Notes: a model not told the origin generated them from the sequence alone. Shown: positions 11,201 to 25,456, numbered from the stretch's first letter. The stretch is DNA of 64,000 bases from Azolla caroliniana (GCA_043228905.1 JBHGNT010000006.1:23002001-23066000), one strand, 5' to 3'. Numbers and translations: made by a program.

Positions 11201-12911
11201 CATCGACCTCACCCCCCAGGCCGCTTGTTGCAATGGACACTAGCACTTCAAGATTATCAGTTTACCCTCTCCTATCGGAAAGGTGCAACCAATTTTGTCG
11301 TTGATAGTCTCTCGCGCCGATTGCCAGGCTATCGAATTTCTCCCTGAGACATTCGATCTTCCGATACCATTGCCACAACTCGCTACGCTTCAACAACACG
11401 ACCCCGCCATCCAATAGATAATCCATTAGTTGCGCTCCCTCCAATCGTTTCCCTCACAACGACGGTTCATGCTCCGCGATAACTTGGTATTCTTCATTCA
11501 AGCGCATCACGAGCCTCGTCTCTACATCCCTGATGCCCTACAACAAACGTATCTCCAATTTTATCACGACCACCCATTGTCAGGCCACTTGGGTTTCCAC
11601 AAGGTTGTTGAAAAATTACGTCTCAAGTATTACTGGCCCAACATGAGACACTCAGTCTCTACCTATATCAAACAATGCGCTTTGTGTCAACACATCAAAC
11701 CTGGGGGCAAGCCAGCTGGAACACTCCAACCCATCACCGTCACATCACCTTTCGAGCTGGTCGGATGGGATTTCATGGGACCTTTTCCCGAAACCTCTAG
11801 GGGCAACAAGTATATCCTTGTCATAACATAATACCTCACACGATGGGCTGAAACTGTTTCCATCCCCGACGTCACTGTGCCAACAATTGCCTCCCAACTC
11901 TTGCAAAAGGTAATATTTCAACATGGTTGCCCTATCCAAATCTTATCTGATTAGGGCCGCCAGTTCCATGGGGATGTCCTCAATGTTGTGGCAACTCAAC
12001 TAGGTGTCCAACAAGTGTTTACATCCCCTTACCATCCTCAAACAAATGGCCTCACTGAACGCCTCAACAAGACCCTCAAGCAAGAAATTGCCGCTTACAT
12101 CGATCCATGCCACAAAACCTAGGATCAAATCTTGCCTTTTGTCACCCATGCCTACAATACATCCATACAAGCGTCGACACGGATCAGCCCTTTTCGAGCA
12201 CTCTATGGACGTGACCCGTGGCTCCCACCAGAAACATCCATTGACATCTGTTCTAAACCTGCCAACATGGATAGTGCTACTTGGGGGCTTTATCTGCAAC
12301 AAATGCTCCCCCTCCTTCGACAAGCCAGCTCCCGAAATCTACAAGTCGCACAACAACGTCAAAAGTGACACTACAATGTGGGTCGAATCACCCCGACGTA
12401 TGCTGATGGAACCAAAGTCCATGTTTACTTCCCAATCCGGCGGCGTGGTCTCAATGAATCCCTCATGCACCGGTGGATCAGCCCATTCACCGTAATTCGT
12501 GCCATCAAGTCCACGACTTACTTACTCCGACACGATTCCAACGGTCGACTTACTTACTTCGCCGCGATTCCAACGGTCGATTCACCTCAGCCCATGTTGC
12601 CCGTATCAAGCCATATGCTACCCCAAGCCTATCTTCTAGCACCCCTCCTTCTCTCATAGCGTAACACTCCTTGTTTTTCTGAGGGGGGAAATATGGTGTC
12701 CCTTTCATGCAAGAGCATGCATTTGAACACACCACTCTTTTAGCCACTCCCGTTTAGCACATCACCCATTTTAGCCCACCCTTTTAGCACACCATTTTGG
12801 GACACGTGTAGCTAGGCCGTCCCAAAATGGGTCCTTTGTATCTTCTATATATTGAATGATAAGTATGAAGCTAGCTAGGCTGGTTTGGTTTCCTTTTATG
12901 TGCATTTCACA
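8234..12911 (+). mobile_element. Compact full-length Ty3/gypsy retrotransposon with 220-bp LTRs (8234-8453, 12692-12911)
   Basis: LTRs differ at about 3 sites; PBS TGGTGGAGAAGCGGGG (tRNA-Ala-like); PPT GAGGGGGGAAA; 4-bp TSD ATAT. Confidence 0.92.
8502..12660 (+). pseudogene. gag-pol (gag CCHC, protease, RT, RNase H, integrase) with premature stops
   Basis: CFYCHNYGHIRHQC; LLDTSS; FRFCIDFRPLN; LDLASGYWQ; YLND; LQTDAS; NYSTTEKE; GHLG and CxxC; GWDFMGP. Confidence 0.9.
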
Positions 12912-13872
12912 ATATCAATATTCACACCCACAAAGCGAAAGACTGTTTAATCATTTACCAAAATTTTAGGTGTATAATACATATTTGGTCACAAAGGCTA
13001 TTGGATGAGTTTCAAGAATGTTATAAAAGGGTGGAAATAGATTGCTCACATTCAATCATTTAGTCCCCTTTAATTTTACAATTTCTGTAAGTGTCTTCAT
13101 GTTCTAGTGCCTCCATAGGCAAATGTAAATTTGGAATACAGACATCTCCATTAGTTGAGGATATGTTCTATTGGTATCCATTTCATGTGTTTGTAGAGAC
13201 TTAAGAAGCAAAGCTTTCACACAACATTAATTTCAAATGTGATGTTTTAGGACATTTTATTCTACAGAGAAATGATAAGGTTGTACTGACCTAGTTTAAT
13301 GATCAATGCAAAGTCAAGGAAAAAGGTAAAGATGGAAGGTCATAGCTAAACCAATTGAGTGTATACCAATGCAGTACCAAACATTTTCAATTGATAGGGC
13401 AACATTTTTCCCCACGTAACGATACAACCCCTTGTCATTGTAACAACTTCCAAAGAGTAAAATTATACTTCACAATATGGGTGGTGTAAATATTGCTTAG
13501 GATGAGAGTAACAAAACGAATCAAATCAGTCATTTCCCATTTATTCTAATGAGATTGCATACTCATGTCTCATCCTTAAGGTATTATTACCTCGAGTGCA
13601 CCTCTTGCTCACTGAAGTTCTCTCACACCTAGGTTGTTTTGGTGTGGTTTGAGGAAAATAAAAATCTCATGATTCCTTATCCGTTTGGGCAGAATTGTAT
13701 GTTTTAGGCATATATCCTTTTTGTAACATTGCAATACCAACAAATCACACTAATATCGGAAGTTATGGAAATATGAATACAACTTTCATAACAAGCAATG
13801 AATATGACAGTATAGGGATGAATCTTATGACCTATCTCTAATTTATTTGGAACTGAATCGGTATGACTCCAC

Positions 13873-15756
13873 TTAGTAATGTACTAGGGATTCATATAAT
13901 TCTGGTGATAACCTTGGGGATGCTACCGAAACTACAGGATTGGTTTTATAGAGTATAATACCAAAGCTTTCATTCATATCCATTTCTTTGACTCCCGGTG
14001 GTAAACTCCATTCGTAGGAGTGAACCAATGAGCCTAACATTAGGTAGACATTAAGGAGGCCAAGATTCATGGCTGGACAAGCTCGTCTACCGGCACCGAA
14101 TGGCAACAATTGGAAATGATGACCTTTAAGATCGACAGTTGAATCCAGGAATCGTTGCGGTCGAAACTCCTGTGGCTTCTCCCAGGAGTTCTCATCCATT
14201 GAGAGAGACCAAGTATTCACAATCAATGTGGTTCTCTCGGGGACATAGAATCCGGCAACTTCACATGGCTGTATGGATTCATGGGGGATCAATAATGGTA
14301 CCACTGGATGCAACCTCATTATCTCCTTCACAGTAGCTTGTAGATATGGAAGATTCGGTATGTCTTCTTCACTCATCAGCCTATTCTTGCCAATGACACG
14401 ATCGAGCTCATCTTGTAGTCTCCTTGTTATGTCATCGTGTCGTATTAGTTCTGCTAATCCCCACTCCACAACTACGCTAGATGTATCCGTTCCACCCGCA
14501 AACATATCCTAACAATTCAATGATTATCGTCACAAATGTTATAATCAATAAACGAATAATCTTCGTGCACATTTGTAATAAAATAGAAGTCAGCAAAGAA
14601 AGGAAATGCATCCACATACCCATAAAATTGCTTTGATATTGTCATCTGTCAAACTGATTGTATTGGATATATGCCCCTTATCTTCATGTAGCAACAATAG
14701 AGTGTCGAGAAGATCATTTTCACCATAGCTACCAGCAGCTGTATTCGCATGAGAATCCCGCCGATTGTCGACTATTCTCTGAAATATGGTGTCCAGCTTC
14801 TCGAACGTGTCATTGGCACGTCGTTCGAGACCTTGTATGTCTAGAAATCTTAAAGCCGGCAATAAGTTGCCTATATTGGGAATGCCGATGAGGTCTAATG
14901 ATTCTCGGAGGGCGTCCACGAGCTCCAATCCATTCATGTTTATGATCACGGAAAGGTCATTGAAGGTCTTCCCCAAGGCCATTCTTGAGATGCTGTTGCA
15001 CGCCCGAACTTGTAACTTCGTGCGCATGTCTTGGGCCTTTTGGATGTCTTGCCACACCGAATGAACAAGACCCCTCATCTCCTCGCCTCGGATTGGTTTG
15101 AAGTGTTGCACCCTTGGAGTGTTGAAAAGTTTGGTCATATATACTTCTTTCACCTGGCAACCAAGCAACACATATTTGTTTGGAGACCACTAAAAATGAA
15201 TGAAAAGATAGCTCATCAAAAGTTTTCAGGACCAAAATTGGAATTTGCAATGAACACTAATTTGAAGTGATTGTGATGTGATGAGAAATCTAGGTAAGAT
15301 GTAATTTTGAATTTGCATTACCTTCCGCCAAAGTGGCCCGTAGGGCGTGTGGGCGAGGCCCGAGCAGTTGTAGGTGAAGCGGACAGCGGCAGAAGACGAA
15401 AGGGAGCGGGAGGCGAAAACAAGGTCATGGGTATGCAAGATGAGGCGGGCTATGTCGGGCGACGAGACAACCAATGTAGGGACAGAGCCCATTTGATAGG
15501 ACAAGATGGGGCCGTACCGCGTGGACATGTCATGGTACCATCGGTGCGGAAGTTGCGGAGACATAAGGAGCTGGTGGAGATGTCCTAGGAAAGGTAAGCT
15601 GCCAGGTGGGGATGGAGGAGATGGAATATGGAGGAGCTCATGTTTCCTCATCCTCCTCTTCATCTTCCTCTTCATGTTTTGTTGGACATACTGCCACAGA
15701 AGCACCCATCCCAAGATGCCCAATAACACTAGTGCCCATATTGACCACTCCTCCAT
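13873..15756 (-). CDS. Cytochrome P450, CYP71 clan (A-type), about 534 aa; exons 15756-15322, 15153-14620, 14508-13873
   Basis: N-terminal TM anchor and PPG hinge; PYGPLWRK; I-helix AGGTDT; ExxR (EIMR); PQRF; heme motif PFGAGRRACPA. Two phase-0 GT-AG introns give a continuous frame. Confidence 0.93.
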
Positions 15757-15864
15757 ATCTCTTCTCTTTCTCTCTCCCTCTCTGCTTCCCTGTTGTCTAC
15801 GGAAGCTTTCTACTACATATGTATCTTATTGAGGAGCCATTTTCTAATCCATGTAATTTAGCCT

Positions 15865-16179
15865 GCCTAATTCCCATTATCATCACATGGTGATTTGTGA
15901 CAAGTTTTCAAGGTGTAAATATAGATTCCAATTTGTCCTAATCGATGAGTGAATCTCAATCGTATGTCCACATTTGGCCCCGATTCTTTAAGTGAGTAAC
16001 CTGGCCAACCGCCCAACCTAATTCCTATTATCATCACATGGTGAATATGGATCACACACTACCCAAATCCATGAGTTGTGACAAGTTTTCAAAGTGTAAA
16101 ATTCAAATATAGATTTCAAGTTGTCTTAATCGACATGTGAATCTCAGTCATAACTTCACATTTGGCCCTGATTCTTTAA
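15865..16179. repeat. Imperfect tandem duplication (about 150 bp) in the P450 proximal promoter
   Basis: CCTAATTCC...ATCATCACATGGTGA...CACATTTGGCCC.GATTCTTTAA occurs at about 15865-15991 and 16016-16179. Confidence 0.75.
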
Positions 16180-18191
16180 CGAAATGAGGGACTTGGCCGG
16201 CTCCCAACAATTTTTGTGTTTTACAAGCATATAGATACTTTTATACCGTCTCATGATGATCTATGAGATGGGATTGGGCCCCTAGGGCAACTGTTTCAAT
16301 TTATGCAAGTTGGATGTCTGGCGATAACAAAATGAGACTTTTATAGGAAAAATGGTATTCAACGAGACACCTATGAGAGGAAAATGTAATGCTACAAATC
16401 ACAATGATTTATATTTACTATAAAATATTCTCTCACATTTCTCCTCATGCATGTAGATGAACATTCTTTTGTAGGTTACATAAGTTTGACGATTTCTCAG
16501 GACATTTCTAGCCATGTTTTACATTCGTTTGTGTCGCAAGTTGATGTGTTGCAAATCAATTTCCCATTGGGGAACATATTCTATATACAAGGATTTACGT
16601 ATGCACAATGCTTGTAACTGAAACTTAAAAGATTCTGGAAATTGAAGATTCTCTAACTTCAAAAGATTTTGGAATTTGAAGATTTTCCTTTGATCAACCG
16701 GGTTGCATCTTATTATGCGTGCAGGCCTTACTTTGTTGATGCCAATCTTTCTCTTTCTCTTCATCTCGGGAGCCGGTTCTTTACTAGACTTATCCCATCT
16801 CTCTTCCTCTTTGTTGGGCATATCTTCTTTTTCCATTTGTTGCTCCTCTATCTTTTCTTTCTGCATCAAGCATAGGAACTTGTATTATCATCATGGGCCA
16901 AGTTTGTGTTGGATTACCTCGGATCTCATCGTCTTTAGGAGCCAAATCTACCTCAGTCTTATTTTTATTCTCATCTTCAGATGTTGTGCCTTTGTCAAGC
17001 TTAGTCTAGGCATTCTCTGTTTCAGGTTCCTAGCCAATGATGTCCTTTACCTTCTTAAGTGGTCCTCGGTCTTGATACTCAATTTTCTACTTAGAATATC
17101 GAGTGATTTTAAGCCCTAGATCCATAGAGAATTGTCGCAGCTTGTCGAGCCCTAGTGTCTTTGTAAAAATATCAGCCACTTACTTTTTGATGATGTCTTC
17201 AACCAATATCAACTCACGGATATAATGATTGTGCACTTACATTTGTAAGTCACTGTATGAAACACTAGATTCTTTGTGTGATGCATGCTTTTGAGATTGT
17301 TGTAGTGGATGAGTTTACTAATTTCCTGAAGTCTTTCTAAAGTCTTTTCAGTCGTATGACTTTGCATGTAGCTATGGTTGTGTTCCGAACCTCTATCTTA
17401 GTGCTTGACAAAGACACTTTTGGTTATTTCTTGTTGCTCAAGGAGATTGATCCACATCTGTGTGTAAACATTGATATTATTGTAGATCTCATATTGAATG
17501 AATTGCATGGCCGATCAATACTGGTGAACCCCTCAAGTCAAAGCAGTATTCTATGGTTGTAAAAGATATTGCGATCGAGTGCCACCGTCCACAAGTGGTT
17601 TTGCATGAATTAACGAAGGATCTGATCAGGTAATTGACTTGTTTAGATAGACGAAACTCCCAATTATATGTCAAGCTTGTGTATGCTCACATAACTTGCC
17701 GGAGTATGTATGCACTTAGTTTCATGTTTTAATTGAGGGGTGTCGAAATGGAATTACGTTCATTTTGTTCCGAACTTGTAGTGCAAGTTCAACAGGTAGT
17801 GTCATTGTGAGAACAGAAACTCATCTAGGTTTTGAATGACCTCGATGCCTAGGAAAAAATGTAATTTTTTGAGGTCCAATACCTTGAACTTTTTTGAAAG
17901 CATCTCTTTTATTTTTATGTCCCGATCAAGCTTTCTCCAATGATCACAAGGTCATCGACACTCAAGATAAATAAGAGTGGAATTCAAATATTGTTCTTAA
18001 TATATATAGTGAAAGTCAATGTTGTGAAGATACAATGTGATCTTCCAAAGATGGTTTTGAATATATATAGTGAAGGTCAATGTTGTCAGAGTCTATAGAG
18101 TGGTTTTTTCAATTGATAGACTACGTTTAGATGTTGGCTTGATTCGGCACCAAGTGGTTGTAGCAAGGTAAAAGCATGGGATCACTAGAAT

Positions 18192-18661
18192 TGTCACGGA
18201 CACACCAACCGTGGACTAGGATAGGGCACGGATGATGGGGCTATGAGCAACGGGTAGTGAAATTAGAGCTAGAAGTGATGAGGTGAGAAACTCGGGAACT
18301 ACAAAAGAGAATGAAGATAGAGATAAAGATCAAGGAGGCAAGATGGGGCGAAACAAGAATACTAGATTGATGTGTCAACCATTGGTGTTGAATCCCTTGA
18401 AAGGGATCAAGGAGGTTACAAGTATTTATACAACTTCCGAGATTGAATATCTCTAGAATATACTCTAGAAATATCTCTAGAATATACCCTTCTAGAATAT
18501 ATTAATGACTAAAATATTCTGATCTTGAAATGTACTATACACTAGACTATAGAATACTAAAGCATTATATAAATGCATGCTCATATCAAAATGGTTGAGC
18601 ATGAAATCTTGTTGATGTGAGGTTGTAGGTTCAATCCTAACCAACTATGTATTTCATGTCA
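18192..18661 (-). mobile_element. Probable solo LTR resembling the chromovirus LTR architecture
   Basis: Minus strand TGACATG...CGTGACA; TCTAGA-rich U3; TATAAATA followed by a palindrome; CT-rich U5. No clear TSD. Confidence 0.55.
18584..18638 (+). promoter_or_regulatory. tRNA-like A-box/B-box pair in the solo LTR U3
   Basis: TATCAAAATGG at 18584 and GAGGTTGTAGGTTCAATCCT, with a T8-to-G53 distance of 45 nt. Confidence 0.45.
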
Positions 18662-20933
18662 CTATACTGTGGACTATAAATGGTAATATTTTCATCCCCA
18701 TAATACATGATATGTATCTTTAAGATTTTCCCACTAAAAATTAGCTATTAAAAAAACTATTTAGCTATGGTCATTTTAGCTACATGGTAGCTATAATAGT
18801 GTTTCCATTCACATGCTTTGACCCAGCATGTAAACTTCTTCCTCAAGGTTGCCTTGGAGGAAATCATTCTTTATGTCCATTTGATACAAGTGCCACCATT
18901 TTGCAACTATGAGCGCAATTATAGAGTCATCATGACAATCATTTTTGCCACTGTGGCAAAAGTTTCCTCATCGCCTTGATCCAATGGGGATCTTGGGCAA
19001 CTTCGGTTTAGGTCTATCTTCTTTATTTGTCGCAACATTAATCATGAATGGATAATGATGCACCAAGTGCTCATTGTACCTGAACGTTACTCGTGAGTTC
19101 TTTGCTTGGATTGATTGAAGAAAGATTTTCTTTGGACACCTCTTGGGCTCTCTTTACTCCTAGTGTCCTCATTACATGCATATCATACTCATTGCCGTGC
19201 CATATTGAGTGATTTGAGTAGGCACCCAAGGCCCTACTCTTGGCTCATGCTCAAGCATCCTGTCCTTTTTTTATTCTTTATGGATATCGTATACTTTGAT
19301 TTCTCAACAATATCCAAGGTTCAGTTAATTGGATTGAGCATGAATTCTCTAACCAAAAGGCACCCAACCTATCTTTTGCACTCTCTAGAGCCAAGTTGGA
19401 TTTGTACATCTCAAGGACGACAGGGGCCACTGGTACCTGGGTGTACCATAGTGTTGCTTAATCAAATAGCACATCTCGAGTTACCTCCATGTGGTGGGGC
19501 TAAAAAACTTATACTCCTTTTGGTCAAGTGAGTAATTGACAAGAATCATCTTCCCCAACTTTAGATTGAGACTCCTCTTCTCGTATGATATATATCTGCA
19601 CTTTTTCCATCTTGTGAAAAACTCCATGTGCAAAAGCTTCGGTTTTCTCCTAAATTCCTTAACATGAGGGGTCATGTTGTGGACACCTCAGTCATGCACC
19701 CATTGATGAAATACAAGGTCATTTATCGCTTGATTTCCATGGTCATGACCTTGACACACATCTTTTGGAGTATCCAACATCTACTCGTAAGTTGTCAGTT
19801 TTCAATTCCATATGGTTCTCATTGACCATCGACATGGATTGTAGTAAAAAAAGCTCAAGCGGTTATCCCTTGTTGCTATATATGGTGATCCAAAAGGCGC
19901 CATACTTTTGTGCGAGCCATAAAGGTAGATCTACACCATCTCCTCACTGTCATCAACTATGACATTGATGGAGCCGAGTCAATAGTACAAGTCTTTGATC
20001 TCGAGAGTCTGTTCTATCATGGACATATCAATGTACCAACATCAGAGTTCAAGCTTCCAAGGCATGGTTGAAGTTGTTGAAATTTTCCTCAATTTTTCTA
20101 AGTTCCGTTCCAGTCGTCTACACTCTACATGGCTCAACATGTGATCTTGCACAATGTTGTGAAGTAGTACATTACCTAACTTACAAGGTGTTGCAATGTC
20201 AAGTTGTCCAAGTTTTGCAAGATTGAGGATTGTTTCTTGGGCACTCTTGATATAACTCTAGTAATGTTTCTCGACTAGGTACTCGGGCATCTTCTAATCC
20301 CCAAGATGAATAATTATGCCTATCCAACTTCTTTGTTGTATGCACGCCAACCATTTTTCCATTCATTTTTCTAATTGAGCTCAATTCCTAAGCTTTTTTT
20401 CCTCGATGTATACCTTATCTACTCTCTTTTGATTGGCTTGAAGTTTTGTGACCTTTATGTGTTAAAAAGTTTTGTGAAAAAAAGTTCTTTCACTTGTAAT
20501 GAGAGGAGTTATTTGTTAAGATTACCAAAAATGAATGATGAAAGAGTATCGATGGTTTCATTATGAGAAAATGAAAGGGTAATCAATCTCAACATGTTTC
20601 AAGTAATGAGCTCTCTAGTTATGGTCTAATTGGGATTTAATACATTACCTTGCCTCAATTTGGGCCAAAGGATGTGTGAGAAAGGACAACATAGTTTTAG
20701 GTAAAGTGGGTGGCAAAAAATGAACGAGGGGCATGTTGGGTGATGACACTAGGAGCATGGAGCCAAACCCCATTTGTATACAAAGTATGGAGCCATATCT
20801 CTTGGAGCATAGACACAAACCCCATTTATATAAAGAATATGAAGCCATATCTCGTGAAGCCATTGGAATGGAAGTTGTCTACATAAAAGAACTTGGAGTA
20901 GATGTTCCAAGAAAAGCACAACTGCTCATATTG

Positions 20934-20936
<3 letters not shown>

Positions 20937-20983
<47 letters not shown>
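20937..20983 (+). repeat. (CT)n microsatellite at the LINE 5' junction
   Basis: Direct reading. Confidence 0.95.
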
Positions 20984-20987
<4 letters not shown>

Positions 20988-23933
20988 ATCTACTCCTGAC
21001 ATGTTTCAAGCCCATCTTTGCTCTCTTGATTCTTCCCTGCCTTTAGAGAACTTCACAACAAAACTCACACACATGCTTCACTCAACAGCAATCCATAATG
21101 TCCCATACACGAAACACTCCAACCACAGTAGATTAGGCTCTATGCCAAAGAACAAGTGGTATGATGAGGATTGTCGAGACCTGTATAGCCAACTTAAAGA
21201 GATGCGCAAGATGACACGTCGTAAAAGACGAGCTTGGGAAGCGTCTCAATATTGGGAACTCTACTATGTCATGCTCATGAGTAGGGACTGCACCCTTGCA
21301 TGGAAGAGACTACGGGAGTTGAGACCACAAATACCCATCGAAGATCCCAACACTTGGCACACATATACAGAGAGACTCTACCATGTTTCGAACCAACTAC
21401 CCATTCGAATGCCTCCACACCTCGACCTACCATGGGGACACTTTTCACGACGTCTAGGGTCTCGAAGGTCATAAACGAACTACAACATAGGAAAGCCATG
21501 GACCGCACAGGATTGCGGGCCAAATGCATCATATATGCTCGAGAGTTCCTAGCCCCTTATCTCACACTAATCTTCAACCGCGCCCTCACAAAGGGTTTTC
21601 CACCACAATGGACCATGAACACAGTGGCCCCTATATATAAAGGAGGGGACCCAATGAACTCAAATACATATAGGACCTTTATGATAGGTCATATGCTCGT
21701 TAAACTATATGGTGCAGTAATGTAAGAAGAGCTCAACGATTATATGGAAACCTTAAGTCTTCGAGCGCCTCAACATGCTGCTTTAGATGAGCCTTCTGCT
21801 ATTGACCATATCTTCACACTTAAATGCTTAATTGACCAGACGAAGGCTCACAAGAAGAAACTATATTGTTGTTTTGTGGACTTCCGCAAAGCCTTTGACA
21901 CAGTTCCTAGGGAGCAGTTGTTTGATAGGCTTAAAATCTTGGAGATACCAAATGACATGATATGGGCCGTCTATGCTCTATATGAGGAAGTCTCTAGGTG
22001 CATAAGATGTTGAGGTGGCCTATGTCATTGCTACACCAGCACCATTGGTGTAAAATAGGGATGTCCCCTATCACTGACTGTTTTTGGGATCTACATTGAT
22101 GAGATCACTGATTTTATTGCTCGTAAGGGAGGCAATGGAGTAGCCATTGGGGGTACGCAAGTTAGTCTCTTACTCTACGGAGGCGACATTGTCTTGCTCT
22201 CGGAGTCTGAACACGACCTACAAAAGCATCTTAATGCCCAAGATAACTTTTGCACACAACGAGGACTGGTAGTGAATCTAACAAAAACCAAAGTCCTTAT
22301 CTTTCATACACTGTCTCAAGTTAGGAGTAAATGTCACCTAATCCTCTCTCAGAAAACAATTGAGGTAGTTGGATCATATGTGTACTTTGGAGTCACCTTT
22401 AGTGCTCGGTCAGGTAAATTCTCGATGACCCAAGCAACCAAAGATAGGCTAACGACAGGGTATGCATCCCTCTCACTCTTTGAGAGACAATGCATACTTT
22501 CAAGAGCCACGAACTAAGGGATGTCTCTTTGACTCATTAGTGACCCCTTCCCTCATGTATGCATTAGTAGTATGGGCTCTAGGTCTACCATCTTTTATGT
22601 GGACACAATTATAGAGAGCTGTGGTGATGATGTTATCATGTCAACTCCGAAGTAAATCAATAGTACCACATGGCATTCTTAGAGCAAAGTTCAGTTTGCC
22701 CCCAATGTTAGTAGAAGTACTTTTCCAAGTGGTAGTTTTTATTCATTGGATACATAGCCAACCACAAGATAGGATATCCCATCAAGCCCTTGAGGCATCT
22801 TAATCCCTATATGTGTCCGGGGACACTAGCTCTTGGTATAGCACTGTAGTCAGCTGGTTACTTGCAAATGGCATAGACATTAATAACCTACCTCCCCTCA
22901 AGTACAACCATGGGACTGATCAAACTTTAATCTGTCATGAAGACCGTAATAAAATAATACACCAAGAAATATGACAAATTTACACCCGATATAAATGGAT
23001 CACCCCACGAGAGCCACTCCCATCTAAAATGGTGTACTTAAGGAACACTTCTTGCACTTCTCTAAGTTAGGTTTTATTACACGACTAAAATATCTAGATA
23101 CATTCTTATCAAATGCACTAAGGGTGGCCATTGGACAACTTAGGATATCATCTCAGCAACTTCAGATTGAGAATGGTCGTGCTAATAGAGTCCCTAGAGA
23201 GGAAAGACTATGTAGGTTATGCCACATAGAGATAGAGGATGAGTATCACTTTACATGTAATTGTCCAACTTATGCTGAGATAAGAGCGAAATACCAAGAC
23301 ATACTAGGACCCTCTCCCACCCTCTCCAAGCTATTAGATACCCCAGATATAAAGAGACTAGGTAGGTATATCTTAGAGCTAAAACGACATAGGGAGAATA
23401 AATTACAAAGTGTTAACCATAACCCTTTTAATATCCACCAACATGAAACTAATGTAATTTTTCAGGAACAAGGGGAGACAATAAAAGTGGACACACCTAC
23501 GCCACTCGGCCTCTCTCTTGATGAAGTAGAAATGCAAAGAACAACCAAACGCCCTTGGATCTTGGGCTTCAAAGCAACTCAATGTGGAGTAAAAATGATT
23601 AAGAAGATAAGGGAATGTGAGCTACGCCACCTAGAAGCTATGGTTGGGGTACCTCTTACATTGGGACCACAGGCCACATCCACATCGAAACCCTTTGACT
23701 TCCGCTTCTTTTCGAGAGACTTGGATGGAAATGAAACTAGGCTTAGTAGTACAAAGCCATTTCCTTATAGAACATGTTTTTTTTACTAGAACCATTTATC
23801 TTAAGCTCTATTTTATTTTATTTTTACTTTCGATGAATTAGTAAATACCCCATTTTTGTTGTACACCCATTGTCTCTTGGGCCAATTTTGGCCTTAGAAG
23901 ACGTTAATATATCATTCTTTCTTTGTTTCTTTC
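20984..23933 (+). mobile_element. 5'-truncated, decayed non-LTR retrotransposon (RTEX-like)
   Basis: RT motifs PIYKGGDP, CCFVDFRKAFDTVPR, GCPLS, LLYGGDIV; C-terminal QLRISSQQLQIENGR...ERLCRLC...EDEYHF..NCPTY zinc knuckle; ends in short CTTT repeats. No endonuclease domain seen. Confidence 0.8.
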
Positions 23934-24057
23934 TATGGGTTGGGTTATGGCTATTTGTATGTATGCTTATCCATGCACTTTATATGTGGGGCTAGCCATG
24001 CTAAATTATTTGGAACTGTGCATCCCATTACTTGTTAAAAATGTACATTTCTTCATA

Positions 24058-24880
24058 AAGCTCCCCATCTTGTAGAAGAGTCGAACATTGTTGGGTCCGC
24101 TCTAGTCCATATCTTTCTATAGTCTTATGGCAATCTATGGGATAGGGTTCTGCCTCATGGAGTGGATATTTGAACTTGGGTGGTCTCAAATGAATGAATT
24201 TGATGAGAAAATGATATCATGAAATAACCAATGACATAATGAAACTTTATCAGGAATAGGACTCACAAAGACACAATGAGAGTATTACACACGTTAATGA
24301 TATAATGATAATTACCCTTTACGCCCCCTACACCACAAACTCATAAAAACCTAGATCACCAATTTGAAACGTCTAAAGTTGACACACATTGATTTGAAAT
24401 TTTCATCAATTGGTTGTAAGTTATTCATGAAGTAAATGAATTAATGAAGTTTAGATTCTCTATTAGGAAGCTTCCCTCTTGTAGAAGAGTCGAACATTGT
24501 TGGGTTCGCTCTAGTCCATATCTTTCTATAGTCTTATGGCAATCTATGGGATAGGGTTCTGCCTCATGGAGTGGATATTTGAACTTGGGTGGTCTCAAAT
24601 GAATGAATTTGATGAGAAAATGATATCATGAAATAACCAATGACATAATGAAACTTTATCAGGAATAGGACTCACAAAGACACAATGAGAGTATTACACA
24701 CGTTAATGATATAATGATAATTACCCTTTACGCCCCCTACACCACAAACTCATAAAAACCTAGATCACCAATTTGAAACGTCTAAAGTTGACACACATTG
24801 ATTTGAAATTTTCATCAATTGGTTGTAAGTTATTCATTAACTAAATGAATTAATGAAGTTTAGATTCTCTATTAGGAAGC
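24058..24880. repeat. Near-perfect tandem duplication, period 409 bp
   Basis: GTAGAAGAGTCGAAC starts at 24072 and 24481; AAGC microhomology at the junctions. Confidence 0.92.
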
Positions 24881-25456
24881 ACCATATTGTTTACTTTATG
24901 TCTATGACATTCTCCATCCTTTTAATATATGTACCAATGACTCTACAAAATAGAAATGGAATTCATGAAAGTAAAATGAGAATTGATAATGTAAGACTAA
25001 GACATTTAAACACATATACATTATGCAAATATCGACGTTGTGGGGTGATTCATCTCAAAAAATTCAAACTGATGATAAGGTTTGTCTTGTGAGGTCTATA
25101 TTTCACATATATATGTGCAAATATCTAGAGATATTGATTAGCGAGTTCTATGTGCAAATTTCATATATATTGACGGGTGCATGAGATTCTTCTTCTAACA
25201 ATAATTTTGTAATTCAACTAATGCCAAAATACATTTTCAGTATAATTTAGCACAAGAACCATTATTTAGGAACTGGGCACTCTATGTATAAAAGGAAAAT
25301 ATACAAAACAATATGTTTGACAAGTCTATGATAATACCAAAGAAATATTTTGGGTGTGTACATGGATTTTCCCTTATTTTCAAGTTTTAGTTTATTATTT
25401 TACTGGTAAGCCACATATATTATTATTTATAAATTATAACATAGTTAGGTTATAAT

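Larger units (their letters stand above)
6236..13180 (-). mobile_element. Highly decayed copia-derived relic (copy A), interrupted by a MITE and a gypsy element
   Basis: 6236-6550 aligns with about 26990-27545; 6700-7850 with about 40620-41705 and 47283-47355; 13100-13178 with 47420-47496. The copy-B counterpart shows a copia RT motif (LLLYADEML). Confidence 0.6.
16520..20530 (-). mobile_element. Degenerate Ty1/copia element (same lineage as 28566-40325)
   Basis: Minus-strand remnants: gag KLDRHNYSSW, YSLDQKEYKF, HLYQMDIKNDFLQGNLEEEVYM, and RNase H tail LDKLRQFSMDLGL. Confidence 0.7.
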
